IMG/VR virus record: IMGVR_UViG_3300042922_001018
DNA length: 64,000 nucleotides
Strand: one strand, 5' to 3'
From: a virus
Lineage: Duplodnaviria > Heunggongvirae > Uroviricota > Caudoviricetes
The translations under genes were made by a program, and so were the position numbers. Each line of letters starts with the position of its first letter. Within the stretch, counting starts at the first letter, position 1. The notes under the pieces are model-generated. The model saw only the letters and a program-made list of their open reading frames with translations. It was not told the DNA's origin and made no database searches. Below are positions 18,276 through 28,504 of the stretch, piece after piece.

Positions 18276-19009
18276 AGCATCACGTCGATGTACTCGGCCG
18301 CGACATTCGCGCAGAGGTAGTCCACATCGTCGGCTGAAAGCTTCATCTCGAAGAACCGCTGCACCAGCACCGGAGGCATCCCGGTCCATGCGCATTTCGC
18401 GACCACGTCCAGATGCCCGGTCCACTTCGCAGGAACTTCCGCCATGTAGCGAATCGGGAACGCTTCATCGAGCAGGACCGTCAGACCACCAAAACGCAGA
18501 GCGGCGCCCATCCGATGAACACCCTTCGCGCCATGAATCTGTACCGCAGTCATGAACTCTTTCGGTTCCAGACCGGTGCGGACCACGGCGGCGATGGCCG
18601 AATGAATCCCCAGCTCAGGTTGCGGGTTCTTCTGCTTGCCGAAGATGCTCTCACGAACCTCTGGGTCGCTGACGAAAGCCAACAGCTCTTCGGCTTCCGG
18701 AGCGGTCTTGAACCACTGGAAGGCCTGTTCAGTGTACAACGCCACAGGAGCCTGGCTCTTGTTGTACTTGCCGTAGATGTCCGGCGGGAAGATGTCCCAC
18801 CGCCCACGCCACATCTCTGCCAGCGCAGAACCCTCCAGGTTGAAGCGGCGTGCAAGAACATCCAAGCCCTGTTCGAGCATGACCGCCCCGCGAGCGAGGT
18901 CATCATCCGAGTGCAGCTTCGCATTGTCACTGCCCCACGGCTTAGCCGCGGCAGGCCAGTTCGGGAGCATCTGCTCGTAACCTTCAGGGGCGAACACGTT
19001 GTCAGTCAC
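18266..19009 (-). CDS. Hypothetical protein, G[VI]P.EY-repeat family
   Basis: C-terminal NVAAEYI. Confidence 0.75.
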   Translation of the reverse strand: MTDNVFAPEGYEQMLPNWPAAAKPWGSDNAKLHSDDDLARGAVMLEQGLDVLARRFNLEGSALAEMWRGRWDIFPPDIYGKYNKSQAPVALYTEQAFQWFKTAPEAEELLAFVSDPEVRESIFGKQKNPQPELGIHSAIAAVVRTGLEPKEFMTAVQIHGAKGVHRMGAALRFGGLTVLLDEAFPIRYMAEVPAKWTGHLDVVAKCAWTGMPPVLVQRFFEMKLSADDVDYLCANVAAEYIDVMLQP

Positions 19010-19820
19010 GGAACCGAATACCTAGTCTGTCGAAGTCAGGGGTGTCGGCGTTCAACGCCTCACGCGCATAGTCTAGCGGCATACCACTCTCCAACGCAAG
19101 GATGATTTCCTCAGCCGTTCCCCACCAGTCATGCAAGAGCGCCACATCGGCCAGCGGGACACTCCGCTCCCGAGCGAGATGCAGAAGGTCACATCGGACG
19201 AAAGCCGGAACCGTCAGCAAGCCCTGCGTGATGAGTGCCTCTCGGAGCGGCCCTGTGGGCCTGTAGACGAAGAACTCGGCCAGCTCCGGTCCGGAGAAGC
19301 CCTCGTCCAGAAGCCACCGCACAGCGCCATCCTGGGTCGATGCATACAGCCCGGCCGCGAACAGCATGAGCGCGGACTCATCGGAAGCGTCGAGGAACGC
19401 ATTCCGAAACGACTGCGGCATAAGGGCCGCATACGCTGGATGGAAAGCCAGGTCGCGAATGAGGCCCGCCATCTCCTCGGCAGTCAGACGCAGCGCAGCG
19501 GGGACGGCTAGAACGATACTCAGCGCGTTCGTCCGGTCCCCGAAGTCTGAAGGGTCCGCTCCAGAGCTTCGGAGAAAATCCTGCACCTCGTTCTGGTCCT
19601 TGAACGTCTCCGCCGCTTGCAGCCAGTTCATTGCATCGTACGGCGACGGAGATACCCGAGCGCCTACAAGCCTCTCAGCAAGGTCCGGAGTGACGCCCAT
19701 TCGGTTCAACGCCTCAGACATCGGTACCCGCGAGCTACCGTCGGATGAGGCCATCGCGTGTCGCGCGAGAGCGGTCGGTGACTGCGCCTCCACAACGACA
19801 TTCGGCCACTCCACGGTCAC
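19002..19820 (-). CDS. Hypothetical protein, G[VI]P.EY-repeat family
   Basis: C-terminal SGMPLDYA. Confidence 0.75.
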   Translation of the reverse strand: MTVEWPNVVVEAQSPTALARHAMASSDGSSRVPMSEALNRMGVTPDLAERLVGARVSPSPYDAMNWLQAAETFKDQNEVQDFLRSSGADPSDFGDRTNALSIVLAVPAALRLTAEEMAGLIRDLAFHPAYAALMPQSFRNAFLDASDESALMLFAAGLYASTQDGAVRWLLDEGFSGPELAEFFVYRPTGPLREALITQGLLTVPAFVRCDLLHLARERSVPLADVALLHDWWGTAEEIILALESGMPLDYAREALNADTPDFDRLGIRFRD

Positions 19821-21958
19821 CGCTTCCTAGCGAACTTCTTGCCAGTCGGGGTCTTCAGGAAGCGTTCCAATGCGATGTCGATGAGCTTCATCATGATTTC
19901 CGACGGAGTGTCCAGGTCACGGTCACCCGTTGCCACAGCGACCTGAGTGTCCGCCTGGTCGCCGTAGATGGCCTTCAGGGTCATGCCCTTTCGCAACAGT
20001 GCGCTCTGGATGTGCTCGTCGAGTGTGCCCAAGGCCACCATCGTCGTGAGCATGAGATGGTCTGCGGATGCCCCGACTCGGTGCGACCGGTCCTCAGCCT
20101 GCACAACCATCGCAGGAGTCCAGTCCGTCTCCACGAACAGATGGTCACTCGAACGCGTCAGAGTAACGCCCACACCCACGGCGGTAATGGAGCAGACCAG
20201 CACAGCAACCTCGCCGCGCTGGAAACCATCAATCAGCTCGTCCTTCTCATCCGTCGTCGTACGACCGTCGATAAGACCGGAGCGGCCGAGAGACGGGTCG
20301 AGAGCCGCGACCATAGCATCCGCCGTATCATGGTGATGAACCCAGACGATGAGAGGACGCTCCGGCGCCGAAGCCACGAAGTCCCGAATCCATTCGGCGG
20401 CGATGTCCACCTTCGCGAGCGCTGCCGCCACACGAAGGCGGGAGACGAAACGCAGGTTCGACTTCGCGAACTCCTCCATCTCCTTCCCCTGAGGCAGCTC
20501 GCCGGTCTTCTTCACCGTCGAATCGAACCACTCCTCGATGTGCTCGATGATGGCCTTGTGCGCTTCTCGATACGCCTTCAGTTCCACCTCAACGGCCAAC
20601 TCGCTACGGAGCTTCTTCGGGAGGTTGGGGAGCACCTGTGCCTTCGTACGACGTACCCACACGTGCTGTTCAAGCTTCTGCCGCAGCTCACCGAGCGTCG
20701 TCTTCCGAGGCACCCAGGCATCGAACGAGTTCTGGTAGCAGTAGCGCTCCAGGAACTTCTCCGCACCGCCGAAGACAGGACCGAGATGCCCGGTGAAGTC
20801 CAGCAGTGCCACGAGTTCCTGCGGACTCTGGAACACAGGCGTGCCCGTAAGACAAATGGGCAGCTCTGCCTGGTATCCGAGAGCAATCATCGCGCGAGCA
20901 CGATGCGAGGTCGGCGTCTTGATACGGTGCGCTTCGTCAAGGATGACTGCCTGCGGCGCCCACGCGAGCATCCTCTTCAACAGCTCGGGACGGGCGCCGA
21001 GAAGAGAGTCGGCAACGACGATGACGCCGCTCTCGGGGAACTCCGGCTCTTTCTTCTTCGAGCTGATGACAACCACTTCGCTATCCGGGAACTGGCCTCC
21101 CAGAGTGGGTAGTCCGGAACGCTTCGCCTCACGCGCCCAGTGGGTAAGAACGACAGGCGGAGCCGCGATGAGTGTCCGCCGGACACCCTTGATGGACGCA
21201 GCCGCAAGGGCCTGAAGGGACTTGCCGACCCCAGGCTCATCGAACAATCCGAAGTGTCCGGCCGCAACCGCCATCGAGCCGACACGCTGGTACGGGAAGA
21301 GGTTGATTTCGTCGCCACCGAACCACTCCGGCACATCCCCGATAGCGTCGATGAGGCGTTGAGCTTCCTCATCGTTGATGTCGAGGATAGTCGTCGCCTT
21401 CGCGATGTCGGCCACGCCAGCGGCAATGTCCGAGCGGGTGTGTACTCGGGCGACATTCTCCCGTGCCAGCTCGATGACTTCACCCATGAAGATGACCCCA
21501 GGGCGAGGCTCACCGTTCAGGAGCGCGTCGGTGACAGGCATCTCGAACCGGGAAGTCGCCTTGTCCCAGCGGGTGCCGTTCCCCAAGCGCTTCTTCGCTT
21601 CGTCGTATCCGGCAAGCCTGTGACGCGCGAGCAGACCACTCTTCGTGGCGTTCAAGATGACGACCGGCTCGAACAGCTCGTTGAGAGAGGTCAGACCTTC
21701 GAACGTAGGGTCGGTAGCAAGCGAGTAGTCCACGGAGATACCCGCGCGTTCGAATAGCGCGTCCGGCATGATTCCGTCACGGGTACCGCGCACCAGCCAC
21801 CAGCCCGACTGGCGACTGAAATAAGCGCCCAGCCACTCCATGAACTGAAGCATGTTCTTCTCACCGTTGTGAGGATGAATGGCCGTCGGCTCTACTCGAA
21901 CCTCCAGATACGGGTTCCAGCGAGTGCCGCGGAGCCGCGCGTATCCAGTATGTGCCAC
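19817..21958 (-). CDS. SNF2-family (SMARCAL1/HARP-like) SF2 helicase
   Basis: DEPGVGKS, ILDEAH, LTGTP, GVTLT, QAEDRSHRVG motifs. Confidence 0.93.
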   Translation of the reverse strand: MAHTGYARLRGTRWNPYLEVRVEPTAIHPHNGEKNMLQFMEWLGAYFSRQSGWWLVRGTRDGIMPDALFERAGISVDYSLATDPTFEGLTSLNELFEPVVILNATKSGLLARHRLAGYDEAKKRLGNGTRWDKATSRFEMPVTDALLNGEPRPGVIFMGEVIELARENVARVHTRSDIAAGVADIAKATTILDINDEEAQRLIDAIGDVPEWFGGDEINLFPYQRVGSMAVAAGHFGLFDEPGVGKSLQALAAASIKGVRRTLIAAPPVVLTHWAREAKRSGLPTLGGQFPDSEVVVISSKKKEPEFPESGVIVVADSLLGARPELLKRMLAWAPQAVILDEAHRIKTPTSHRARAMIALGYQAELPICLTGTPVFQSPQELVALLDFTGHLGPVFGGAEKFLERYCYQNSFDAWVPRKTTLGELRQKLEQHVWVRRTKAQVLPNLPKKLRSELAVEVELKAYREAHKAIIEHIEEWFDSTVKKTGELPQGKEMEEFAKSNLRFVSRLRVAAALAKVDIAAEWIRDFVASAPERPLIVWVHHHDTADAMVAALDPSLGRSGLIDGRTTTDEKDELIDGFQRGEVAVLVCSITAVGVGVTLTRSSDHLFVETDWTPAMVVQAEDRSHRVGASADHLMLTTMVALGTLDEHIQSALLRKGMTLKAIYGDQADTQVAVATGDRDLDTPSEIMMKLIDIALERFLKTPTGKKFARKR

Positions 21959-21992
21959 TGGGCTATCCTAGCACAAGGCTCGCAGGTAGAGC

Positions 21993-22460
21993 CTACGCGC
22001 AGGCGTCGTCCATCGACACATTGATTCCCGCATCCCCTAGCACCGTCACGTCAGGGTGGGCAGCGGCATACGCCGTATGGATGACCATTTGCGATTCGAC
22101 ATCCTCGGCGTAGACGGAGAGGTCAAGGTAGTCGTACCTGCCCTGTTCAACCGAACCACACACGGCTTCGATGATGGCTTCCGGCATGTCTTCATAGAAC
22201 TCCGCTGCGACGGGGACACTGACGAAGACACCCAGTTCCAGCGCGAAACCGTTCTTGTGCGAAGTGACCGTAGTCTCGCTCTCCGGTACGGCTAGCGAGA
22301 TGGCTTCCTTCATGTCTGCAATACTTCCCGACCCCGAGTCATCCCCGACAATCGGTCGTATCTCATCGCGCAAGGCGGCACAGCCTGTCAGCCCTCCCAG
22401 GAGGAACAACGAGAGACCGACAGCCACTATGGCAGCCTGTATCCTGGTCTTCTCAGCCAT
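21993..22460 (-). CDS. Lipoprotein
   Basis: Signal peptide with LTGC lipobox. Confidence 0.8.
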   Translation of the reverse strand: MAEKTRIQAAIVAVGLSLFLLGGLTGCAALRDEIRPIVGDDSGSGSIADMKEAISLAVPESETTVTSHKNGFALELGVFVSVPVAAEFYEDMPEAIIEAVCGSVEQGRYDYLDLSVYAEDVESQMVIHTAYAAAHPDVTVLGDAGINVSMDDACA

Positions 22461-22493
22461 GCCCAATATCCCTCTCGTGCACCTGACTTATAG

Positions 22494-22994
22494 TCAGGAT
22501 GACCCTAACTTGTTCTCCAACGACCCAGGGGTCGGTCGGGGAACGGGTGCAGGCGATACCTCGCACACCTCGGGGAGAGAGAACACGGCCGTAGTACGGT
22601 GACCAATCACAAGGTCATCACCGTACATCTCTTTGCCCACCGAGAGAACATCGTAATAGTCGTGGCTGTCCTTCTGCGAGAACGAGATGTCTACCCCGTC
22701 GAAAGGGCCACCCTCGTCGCAGACGACGTTGACTGCGCGTACGATGTCGTCGGGCTGCACCTCTTCAAGGTCATCCACCGCGATGTCGAACCCGAGACTG
22801 TACGTGAAGCCGCTCAGGCTGCCTCCGCCGAGCACCTCAGAGTCCGGGAACGCCTCCTCGACAGCGGCGATGACCTCCTCCGCCTGAGCATCAGCGCCAT
22901 CACGATTCAGTTCGCTCGACAGTGCGTTGCAACCGGTGAGTACACTCACCAGAACGAGACCGCCGCCAAGAGCCGCGGCATGCTTCAGACGCAT
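22494..22994 (-). CDS. Lipoprotein
   Basis: LTGC lipobox; similar layout to its neighbours. Confidence 0.8.
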   Translation of the reverse strand: MRLKHAAALGGGLVLVSVLTGCNALSSELNRDGADAQAEEVIAAVEEAFPDSEVLGGGSLSGFTYSLGFDIAVDDLEEVQPDDIVRAVNVVCDEGGPFDGVDISFSQKDSHDYYDVLSVGKEMYGDDLVIGHRTTAVFSLPEVCEVSPAPVPRPTPGSLENKLGSS

Positions 22995-23431
22995 GCCTTG
23001 CCCAAGTCCACTTCGCCTTCCGGCGTCAGCGCACCGGTTGCGCTGTACAGCTCGGTGAGCATCGGCTGGACATCCGTGGGGGTCTCTGCTCCCGCGCTAC
23101 CCAGCGAGAGACGCAGGAAGTCGAAGTTCCCGCTGCTCGATTGGCAGACGGCGGTGACAAGACGCTGGATGTCCTCGGTTGCCGGGACAGCCTCCGTCGG
23201 TGCCTTGACCGTGACGCTCAGGGCGCGAATAGCGCCAGAACCAGAAGCTTCGACGATGGTCTCCGACTCGGGCGGCACGACCTCGGCGACAGCCGTCTTC
23301 ACAACTTCAGTGGCCGGAGTTCCGTCAGAAAGAGTCGGCTGGTTGTCCTCGGCTGAAGGAGAGCTGCACCCTACGAGCGCCATGACGAGGACAGCAAGGG
23401 AAGCTCCGAGAGCGGCACGGTTCGTTTTCAC
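22985..23431 (-). CDS. Lipoprotein
   Basis: LVGC lipobox. Confidence 0.8.
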   Translation of the reverse strand: MKTNRAALGASLAVLVMALVGCSSPSAEDNQPTLSDGTPATEVVKTAVAEVVPPESETIVEASGSGAIRALSVTVKAPTEAVPATEDIQRLVTAVCQSSSGNFDFLRLSLGSAGAETPTDVQPMLTELYSATGALTPEGEVDLGKACV

Positions 23432-23440
23432 TCCTGAAGT

Positions 23441-24184
23441 CTACAGTATCGTCAGGTATTCCAGTGGCACCCCGTCACGCCAACCGGCGCGTGCTGCGAG
23501 CGCTGTTATCTGAGCCTCCATGCACTGAGCGAGGTATGCGGAGGGAACGCCGTCCCGGTAGCAGCGTTCAACGTCCATCGCGTCTACCCACAGAGCATCG
23601 TCAGACAACGAGACGAAGACATCGCGAAGGTAATCGGGCGGAACGCCTACAGACTCGGTGTAAGCCGCACGCTCACACAGCGCTGCCACTGTGACCCAAC
23701 CCATCCACTTCCCCGTGGAGAGAGCGCGAAGATACTCAGGCGTCGCACCACGCTCTAAGGCAGCAACCAGCGCTTCGTAGGCAGGCAACTGCGCCTCGAT
23801 GAAGAACGAGCCGAGCACTTCACCTATAGGAAGCGTCTGTTTGCGAAAGTCGTTGAGCATGTCCATGTAGATGCTGCGCTCCAACGGCGAGCCGAGTGCC
23901 CCCGTCAGACCGCATGCTCGGACGAACGGAGCAAAACGTACGCAATCCTGTGGCGACGCCTGCATCCATTTCAGGTTCTTGAAGAGGAAGGCAACAGACC
24001 GGGAAACCTCATCACTGTCGATGATTCCTCCGCGCGCCACCACGGCCCTAGCCGGAGCGCAGTCGGCGACGAACTGCCTCAGCTCATCGACGTTGCGGAG
24101 TTCCCACTTGTAGTCGTGGAGCCAGGTGGCATCGTACACACCCCATGCAGTGAGCTGGATGTGCGCACGATACCACCCGAACAT
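23441..24184 (-). CDS. Hypothetical protein, G[VI]P.EY-repeat family
   Basis: GATPEY, GVPPDY, GVPSAY, GVPLEY. Confidence 0.8.
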   Translation of the reverse strand: MFGWYRAHIQLTAWGVYDATWLHDYKWELRNVDELRQFVADCAPARAVVARGGIIDSDEVSRSVAFLFKNLKWMQASPQDCVRFAPFVRACGLTGALGSPLERSIYMDMLNDFRKQTLPIGEVLGSFFIEAQLPAYEALVAALERGATPEYLRALSTGKWMGWVTVAALCERAAYTESVGVPPDYLRDVFVSLSDDALWVDAMDVERCYRDGVPSAYLAQCMEAQITALAARAGWRDGVPLEYLTIL

Positions 24185-24186
24185 GC

Positions 24187-25401
24187 TCAGCCCTTCACGC
24201 AGAGGCGTGTCTCCAGGAACGCTTCGACCTCGACCAGCTCAGACTGCGCGCGGATGACCGCGTGCACGTCCTTGTAGGCCTCCGGAAGCTCATCCAGGAT
24301 GCCCGCGTCACGGCGCGACTCGATGTTCCCGAGCTGGCGCTTGATTTCTGCCTGACCGTCATCGTCGCCCCGGAACTTCTCCTTCGCCTTGTTACGCGAC
24401 AGCACGCGACCGGCGCCGTGTGATGCGGAGAAGAACGACTTCGGGTTACCCAGCCCACGGACCACGTAAGAACCGGTCGCCATCGAGCCAGGGATGAGCG
24501 CAAGCTCCCCCTTCGTCGCACGGATAGCGCCCTTTCGGGTCACCAGCATGCTCTCGCCGTCGATGACCTCCTCAGACACGTAGTTGTGGTGGACGTTGAT
24601 GTCCGGCTCGAACGTGACCTTCTTCGAGTCGCCGTAGTGCTCCACGACGGCCCGCTTCACGAGCGCCATCATGATGGCACGTGAACGGAGAGCGTACTCC
24701 TGCGCCCACATGAGGTCGTGGCGGTATGCGTCCATCTGCGCCGTGCCCGAAAGGAACACCGCCATGTCTGCATCGGCGATGCCTTCGTTGTGCGAAAGCC
24801 CCTTCGCAACGGAGATGTGGTAGTCCGCCAGCATCTTCCCGATGTTGCGCGAGCCGGAGTGCAGCGTCAGCCAGACATTGCCGTCGGCATCGGTACAGAC
24901 CTCAATGAAGTGGTTGCCTCGGCCGAGCGTGCCAATCTGCGACTGCGCCTTGCTCTCGATACCACGGACGTACGGCGTGAGGTCGCGGTATGCGCCCCAG
25001 AACTTGTCCCAGCCGCGGTCCAGACCGTACCGACGCACGTTGACGGGCGTGTCGTGGCCCTCGTGGCCGAGAGGAATCGCGCCCTCGATGGCAGCGCGCA
25101 GCGCAGGAAGACGCTCCAGGTCTTCGACCTTCAGGGAAGTCTTCGTCGCCACGACGCCGCATCCGATGTCCACGCCGACCGCAGACGGCGCAACAGCCTG
25201 CTTCATCGCGATGACAGAGCCAACCGTGGCTCCCTTACCAAGGTGCACATCCGGCATGACGCGGACGCCGTGGACCCACGGCAACTCGGCGATGTTCCGG
25301 AGCTGCTGTAGAGCGGCCTGCTCCACATCCTGCTCATGTGCCCACATCAGGGTAGGCGCGGCGGCGCCGCGAAGCGTTACAGGGAACTCGTGAACAGTCA
25401 T
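24187..25401 (-). CDS. rtcB: RNA 3'-phosphate/5'-OH ligase RtcB
   Basis: MPDVHLGKG, GVDIGCG, GNHFIE, HSGSR, HHNY, SHGAGR, DELPEAYK. Confidence 0.97.
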   Translation of the reverse strand: MTVHEFPVTLRGAAAPTLMWAHEQDVEQAALQQLRNIAELPWVHGVRVMPDVHLGKGATVGSVIAMKQAVAPSAVGVDIGCGVVATKTSLKVEDLERLPALRAAIEGAIPLGHEGHDTPVNVRRYGLDRGWDKFWGAYRDLTPYVRGIESKAQSQIGTLGRGNHFIEVCTDADGNVWLTLHSGSRNIGKMLADYHISVAKGLSHNEGIADADMAVFLSGTAQMDAYRHDLMWAQEYALRSRAIMMALVKRAVVEHYGDSKKVTFEPDINVHHNYVSEEVIDGESMLVTRKGAIRATKGELALIPGSMATGSYVVRGLGNPKSFFSASHGAGRVLSRNKAKEKFRGDDDGQAEIKRQLGNIESRRDAGILDELPEAYKDVHAVIRAQSELVEVEAFLETRLCVKG

Positions 25402-25434
25402 GCGGCCCACGATAGCACAAAATCGTGGCGCTCG

Positions 25435-26208
25435 CTAGCCTCCAGCGACCACCAGAGCCGCATACTCAGGCGCTAGGCCATCCGTCCAGCAGGAGAGGAC
25501 GATTTCGTGCGCCCGGAAACCTGCGAAGTAGTCAGAGGATGCGCTCACGAGAGACGTGACTAGCTCAACTGAGTAGGCAACGGGGACGCCTTCAATCGTG
25601 AGCCGCATGATGACATCGTGGTACGTCGCCAACGCCTTCAACTGTTCACCGCGGTACCCCTGACGGATAGCTAGCGCAGTGTACTCGAACCGTCCAGCCG
25701 TACGGTTCACCCACTCATGGAATGGGTCAGCCTTCTTGCCTTCACCGCCCCAGCGCCAGGCATCCTCCCACTCCAGTTCGACCACGAAACTCCGGGTCTG
25801 GTCCTTCTGGAGTTCTGAGAAAGCTTGGAGATGCTCCAGCGGCTCATCTTTCAGGAGAAGGATGCCAGCGAGGGCTGGCACACTCCCTGAGAGTGCGATG
25901 CCCTCACGACCTCGTTCCCAGCCGAACAGAAGCTCGCCCGGCGTCTTACCTTCACGAGCAGCGAGAGGAGCAAGGAACCTCTCAACGTTCGGGTTGTACC
26001 CGTAAGAGGGCTTCTCCCCGAGTTCTGCACGCATCTGCTCAAACAGCTCCGGCCGCGACTTATACGACTCCGCGAGAGCGCGTCCAATCAGCGGGGTCGC
26101 CTGCTCCATGAAGTCGCGAGTGTACCCGCCTCCGGTGAAGACGTTCGGAAACCACTCCGGCAGGGCATAGTCAGCGACCATCTTCGGAGTGCAGAAGGGC
26201 GTTGTCAC
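25435..26208 (-). CDS. Hypothetical protein, G[VI]P.EY-repeat family
   Basis: GVPVAY, GLAPEY; TAGACT-N6-GTG start. Confidence 0.75.
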   Translation of the reverse strand: MTTPFCTPKMVADYALPEWFPNVFTGGGYTRDFMEQATPLIGRALAESYKSRPELFEQMRAELGEKPSYGYNPNVERFLAPLAAREGKTPGELLFGWERGREGIALSGSVPALAGILLLKDEPLEHLQAFSELQKDQTRSFVVELEWEDAWRWGGEGKKADPFHEWVNRTAGRFEYTALAIRQGYRGEQLKALATYHDVIMRLTIEGVPVAYSVELVTSLVSASSDYFAGFRAHEIVLSCWTDGLAPEYAALVVAGG

Positions 26209-26230
26209 ACCTTCAGTCTACCGCAGAAGT

Positions 26231-26461
26231 TCAGGACGAGTAGCCGGAGAACATGTCCGATTCGTAGTAGTGGTCCTGGGAGCGCGAATAGTCCCGCTCT
26301 TCCCAGTCACGCTCCTGGGAGCGCCACTCCTGGCCCTGGCGTTCCTGCTCGATGAGGAGGTCTTCTTCGACCTGAGCCGGGTCTAGGATGAAGACTTCCG
26401 GAGCCGAACCCGTCTGCGCGGTGAACCGCCCGAGGTCGTCACGGTTCGCCTCGTTGCTCAT
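26231..26461 (-). CDS. Tagged mini-protein (NRDDLGRFTAQTGSAPEVFI)
   Basis: 76 aa; divergent tag followed by an acidic tail. Confidence 0.75.
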   Translation of the reverse strand: MSNEANRDDLGRFTAQTGSAPEVFILDPAQVEEDLLIEQERQGQEWRSQERDWEERDYSRSQDHYYESDMFSGYSS

Positions 26462-26769
26462 GCCGCGAACAGCTCGAACTCTTCGAACTCGACTGCGCCG
26501 CCACGGACATCGAACTCCACAATCTTCCTGGGGAGGACGACACGGAGCGGGGCGTTCGGAAGCGGCGGGCCGTGGACAATGAGCTTCTCACCCTCATCCA
26601 CCCAGTCAGGGATGCGGACGACTCGGCTGCCGTAGCTTGTCTTGCGTCCGAGCGGGTCCAGCAGCGCGATTACCAGCTCGTCGCGCGTTTCAGGGGTAAC
26701 GATTGTCATGTTCACAGTGTACCTTTCGCCAGCAACTCTGCTGGTCACTTGTCCTTCGAATCGAGCCAA
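26458..26769 (-). CDS. Hypothetical protein
   Basis: ORF within an operon; start uncertain. Confidence 0.6.
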   Translation of the reverse strand: MARFEGQVTSRVAGERYTVNMTIVTPETRDELVIALLDPLGRKTSYGSRVVRIPDWVDEGEKLIVHGPPLPNAPLRVVLPRKIVEFDVRGGAVEFEEFELFAA

Positions 26770-27764
26770 GACAGGAGAGCCTCGGCCTTTCGCTGCTTCT
26801 GCGTGAAGACAGTTGCCGCACGGGTCGCTTCGAGTCCATCACGCAACGCACTCGAACGGGTCGCGTATCCATTCTTCGCGAGGGACTCGATTTCCTCCTG
26901 GTACGGTCCGCTCCACTCGTCGCCCGAGAGGGAGCGGGCTACGGCGATGGCCTCTGCGTCCGTTGGCGCTACCGTCGTACGCTTCGGTGAGTCGGCGATT
27001 GCACCTGCGTCCAGCCCTTCAGCGTCCTTCAGGGCGGTCCAGCGGTCGCTTGCAACAACGGCCTCATCGAGCTGTTCGCGAAGGTCCGCGTATGCGTAAG
27101 GGCTGCCGTACGTTCCGGGGTCGTGCTCGTTGACGAACTTGATGAACTGCATACGGTCTTCTGACGTGTTCGCGACCAGGGAAGGGGAGAACTCTTCCGG
27201 CTTGTACGTCGTCGAGAACTCCAGCATGACGCTGTTCCAGCTCTCCCCGTTGTCGATAATCTCGGCACCGAACCGGTCCCGGAAGAACTTCTCGACGATG
27301 GGGTAGGCGTCATCGAGTTCGTCGGGCGTGAAGTCATCAGCCCAGAGCATGTCCTCGTAGTAGTTTCCGGTGAGGAGGATGTCACCGTCGTCTGTGAGAC
27401 GCGCATACGGGTTGGTCATCTCGCCACCGGAAGGCTCCCACTCGACATCGCTCAGGTCCATGTCGTAGCCGTCTTCGCTGGGAAGGTCGAAACGCTTCTC
27501 CTTGAACTGTGTCGGTAGGCCCCAATCGCGCTCCCCACCCTCGCGCATGTTCTCGATGACTTCGTCCAGAGTCTCGCGCGGTTCGGTGGCCGGGATACCG
27601 AGTTGGGCGCGAATGCCTTCCTCAGTGAAGGTGTCCCCCTGGTAACGGTACAGCGTGTTCTCGTTCGTCGGAGGGGAAGTCAGCTCGAACTCGGGAGCGG
27701 CGCCAAGCTTCTCAGCGAAGGTTCCGTCAGTCGCGCGCGGGTGGTCGGTCTCAGAGAAAGTCAT
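26745..27764 (-). CDS. Tagged acidic protein (MTFSETDHPRATDGTFAEKLGAAPEFEL)
   Basis: Tag plus upstream motif. Confidence 0.9.
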   Translation of the reverse strand: MTFSETDHPRATDGTFAEKLGAAPEFELTSPPTNENTLYRYQGDTFTEEGIRAQLGIPATEPRETLDEVIENMREGGERDWGLPTQFKEKRFDLPSEDGYDMDLSDVEWEPSGGEMTNPYARLTDDGDILLTGNYYEDMLWADDFTPDELDDAYPIVEKFFRDRFGAEIIDNGESWNSVMLEFSTTYKPEEFSPSLVANTSEDRMQFIKFVNEHDPGTYGSPYAYADLREQLDEAVVASDRWTALKDAEGLDAGAIADSPKRTTVAPTDAEAIAVARSLSGDEWSGPYQEEIESLAKNGYATRSSALRDGLEATRAATVFTQKQRKAEALLSWLDSKDK

Positions 27765-27771
27765 GCCTGGA

Positions 27772-27780
27772 TGTAGGCGG
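27772..27780 (-). promoter_or_regulatory. CCGCCTACA-N7-ATG motif
   Basis: 7 nt upstream of ATG 27764. Confidence 0.8.
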
Positions 27781-27927
27781 TGCCGCGAACTTCTAGAAGC
27801 GACAGATGCCCAGCGCGCGACTCAGTGACACAGAGTCCACAGCCGCCCATCTGTCAGGCAAGTCCACACTACGCACACTGCTCATAGGCTCGATGTAGAG
27901 CGTTGTGTCCTGCGCCCAGCCCGCCGG

Positions 27928-28482
27928 TCAGTTGAGTCGGTAGAGGTAGAACGTCTCATCGTCCGTCTCGATTTCAGTCTCTTCACCATCGTACTGCGCG
28001 AGGTACGGGCCACGGCCGTCTTCCTCGATGGCCCGTTCGACGAAACCTTCCGAGCCGCCATCGGCAAGACCATCGACCATCCGCTTGATGTTCTCCTGGT
28101 GCTTCTCGCCGCCGCCCGAGTCGTTCGCGAGCGCCAAGAACACGCTTACGTCGAGACCCGTCTCCTTAGCGAGAAATCCGCTACCCATGCTCCACATGTT
28201 CTCGTCGATGTAGAGCTTCGCGGCGTCCTGCGCCTGCTCTTCCGTACCGACCCCGTACTCAACTTCACGGCCGTCCGCGTCGATGGCTGTGAACGTGGGG
28301 AGGTGTTCGTAGTGCGTGTCGCCAGTCGAAGTGACGCCGCTGGCGTCGATACCCAGGTGTTCTGCCAATGCGACGCGAGCCTCAGAGGTCTCATCGTCCA
28401 GTTCCAGCTCGGGCGCAGCGCCCAGCTTCTCGGCGAACTTACCGTCAGTGGAACGTGGGTGCTCGGTCTCAGAGAAAGTCAT
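27928..28482 (-). CDS. Tagged acidic protein (MTFSETEHPRSTDGKFAEKLGAAPELEL)
   Basis: Tag plus motif; paralog of the next gene. Confidence 0.9.
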   Translation of the reverse strand: MTFSETEHPRSTDGKFAEKLGAAPELELDDETSEARVALAEHLGIDASGVTSTGDTHYEHLPTFTAIDADGREVEYGVGTEEQAQDAAKLYIDENMWSMGSGFLAKETGLDVSVFLALANDSGGGEKHQENIKRMVDGLADGGSEGFVERAIEEDGRGPYLAQYDGEETEIETDDETFYLYRLN

Positions 28483-28489
28483 GCCCGGA

Positions 28490-28498
28490 TGTAGGCGG
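28490..28498 (-). promoter_or_regulatory. CCGCCTACA-N7-ATG motif
   Basis: 7 nt upstream of ATG 28482. Confidence 0.8.
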
Positions 28499-28504
28499 TC
28501 GCGG

